Below are positions 62,020 through 64,000 of a DNA stretch of 64,000 nt, piece by piece. Within the stretch, counting starts at the first letter, position 1. Each line of letters begins with the position of its first letter. The stretch is taken from contig NC_087447.1 of NCBI RefSeq assembly GCF_036321535.1, positions 34,412,001 to 34,476,000 of the forward strand, given 5' to 3'. Below the pieces are notes generated by a model. It saw nothing but the letters and a program-made list of their open reading frames with translations. It was not told where the DNA came from and did no database searches. The translations under genes were made by a program, and so were the position numbers. The stretch comes from Camelus dromedarius (lineage: Eukaryota).

Positions 62020-63140
62020 TTTTTTTTTTAATAGAGATAAAATTCACATAACAGAAAGTTAACCATTTCAATGTGTACAATTCAGTGACACTTAGTACAT
62101 TCACCATGTTGTATAACCATCACTTCTATCTAGCTGTAAAATAGTTTAATCACCCCAAAAGGAGATGGACCTTGTTCCCATTAAGGAGTCACTCCCATTC
62201 TCCCCTCCCCCACAACCACCAATCTGCTTTCTGTCTCTCATGGATTTGCCCATTCTGGATATTTCATATAAATGGAATTGTACACTATATGATCTCTTGG
62301 GTCCAGCTGCTCTCACTTTGCATGTTTTCAATGGTCATCCATGTTGTAGCATTTATCAGTATTCCATTCCTCTTTATGGCCGAATAATATTCCTCTGTAT
62401 GGATAGAACACACTTTGTTTATCCATCAGTTGTTGGACATTGGGCTGTTTCCATCTTTAGCTGTTGTGACTATGGACATCCATTCACAAGTCTTTTTTAG
62501 GACAGTTATTTTCAGTTCTTTTGGGTATACACCAAATAGTGAAATTGCTGGATCATATGGTAATTCTGTGGCTAACTTTTTGAGGAACTGTCAAAGTATT
62601 TTCCAGAGCAGCGCACAATTTTACATTCCTGCCAGCATGGCATGAGGGTTCTCGTTTCTTTATATCCTCACCAACACTTGTCATTTTCCATTTTAAGAAT
62701 AGAGCCATCCCTGTGTGTGAATGGTGTCTCACTGTGGTTTTGACTTGCATTTTCCTAATGATTAATGATGCTAATCATCTTTTTATGTGTTTCTCAACTA
62801 TGTGTACACCTTCTTTGGAGAAATGTCTATTCAAGTCCTTTGACTACTTTTTAATTGGGTTGTTAATCTTCTTATTGCTGAGCTCTTTATGTATTCTGCT
62901 GAATTTCTTTATATATTCTTGTGTATTAGACAATTGTCAGATATAAGATTTGCAAATATTTTCTCCTATTCTGTAGGGTTGTCCTTTGATGTATGGAAGT
63001 TTTCAATTTCGATGAAGTCCAGATTATCTGTTTTTTCTCTTGTTGCTTATGTTTTTGGTCTCATATCTAACAATCCATTGCCAAATTCAAAATCATGAAG
63101 ATTTACCCCTATGTTTTATCCTAAGAGTTTAGTTCTAAGT
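62020..63140 (-). mobile_element. L1MB-type LINE 3' region inserted in a MIR
   Basis: Poly(T) then aatagagataaaattcacataac; gaaattgctggatcatatggtaattc; tctttggagaaatgtctattcaagtcctttg; MIR resumes at ~63140. Confidence 0.9.
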
Positions 63141-64000
63141 GTTTTAAACTTAAATCTCTCTGGTATCCTGGAAGGTAGATACCATCATTATCAACACCCC
63201 ATCTTAGAAATGAGGACATCTGGGATCAGGACACGTAAGGGACCAACACCCAGGGCAGAGCAGAGACAAGGCTGAGGCTGTATCTTCAACCCTGGAGCCC
63301 AAAGGCTATATTATTCAGCCTCTCCAGATCCTGTCTCTGGCTTCCCATTACGCCCCCATCTTCAACAATACAGACATTTCACAAACAAAGTGCCGAAAGG
63401 GAAGGAGCAAAGGGATGCAGATTTCCACCTGACATCTAAAGGGCTAATTCTGCAGCCTGGGAGGAAGGCCCAGGTGAGAGCAGCCGCCAGATAAGTCAAC
63501 TTGACATCTCTAAGTTTAGCTTCAAGCAGACTTTCTGTTGTGCTTTTGAATTTTCCTTCCCTACAAAGCAGCAAATCTGGGATCGTGGGACACCCTCTCT
63601 GAGCCATGGCACCTCATACCCCCCGTCCCAGGGTGGTTAGGGGCAGTTCTCCCTCCCCAGGAAGCTAGCGTTGTCATCTGCTCCTGAAAACCCAGCTTAT
63701 TCTCCAGAAAAGCAGGGAGAGGTAGCCCTGTGTGTCCTGGGGTAAAATAAGCCCAGCTCCTCACCTGCAAGTTCACAACAAGCACTCGTTTACTAAGGCC
63801 AAGCCCTGTGCTGTGGGGGCCACAAAAATAAGTGTTTCACTGGCTCCCAGGCCAGTGGAGGAGGGAGAAAGAGCTGCGTCAGCATGACACAGAAGGGACC
63901 ACAGGTTAGATGGAGATGGATATTCAGAATCAGTTATGAGAATATCCATTCATTCACCAAAAAAATTCTTGCGGGCTTTTCCTATGTGCCCAACATTCCT

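Noticed and set aside
1..64000. CRISPR array, operon or other prokaryotic system; named host gene
   Set aside because: The sequence is mammalian, has no regularly spaced repeats, and has no exon I could recognise to name the locus.

Overview
Mammalian, non-coding, repeat-rich genomic DNA (intron or intergenic). It is most likely from a camelid, because it carries two copies of a tRNA-Ala(AGC)-derived SINE of the camelid type and artiodactyl-style L1 3' ends. I recognise no protein-coding exon, and the listed ORFs are chance frames or transposon remnants. The window is a mosaic of MIR, L2, old and younger L1 fragments, MaLR/ERVL solo LTRs (MLT1, LTR16), DNA-transposon relics (MER44, MER63, MER58, MER5) and microsatellites. 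Several repeat-free, enhancer-like blocks lie between them, including a CpG-rich island at about 54.15-54.85 kb. Two items stand out. (1) A ~540-bp non-repeat insert at 47745-48282 is bracketed by a 14-bp target-site duplication at an L1 endonuclease site, lacks a host poly(A) signal and ends in a stop codon plus TAAAAAA. It is a candidate L1-captured foreign RNA (possible non-retroviral endogenous viral element) or an orphan retrocopy. (2) A short L1 insertion at 17934-18168 carries a dense, strand-specific T>C (sense A>G) load confined within its TSDs, as expected if ADAR-hyperedited RNA was retrotransposed. Repeat family names come from recalled consensus sequences, not a database run, and boundaries are approximate unless a TSD is quoted.
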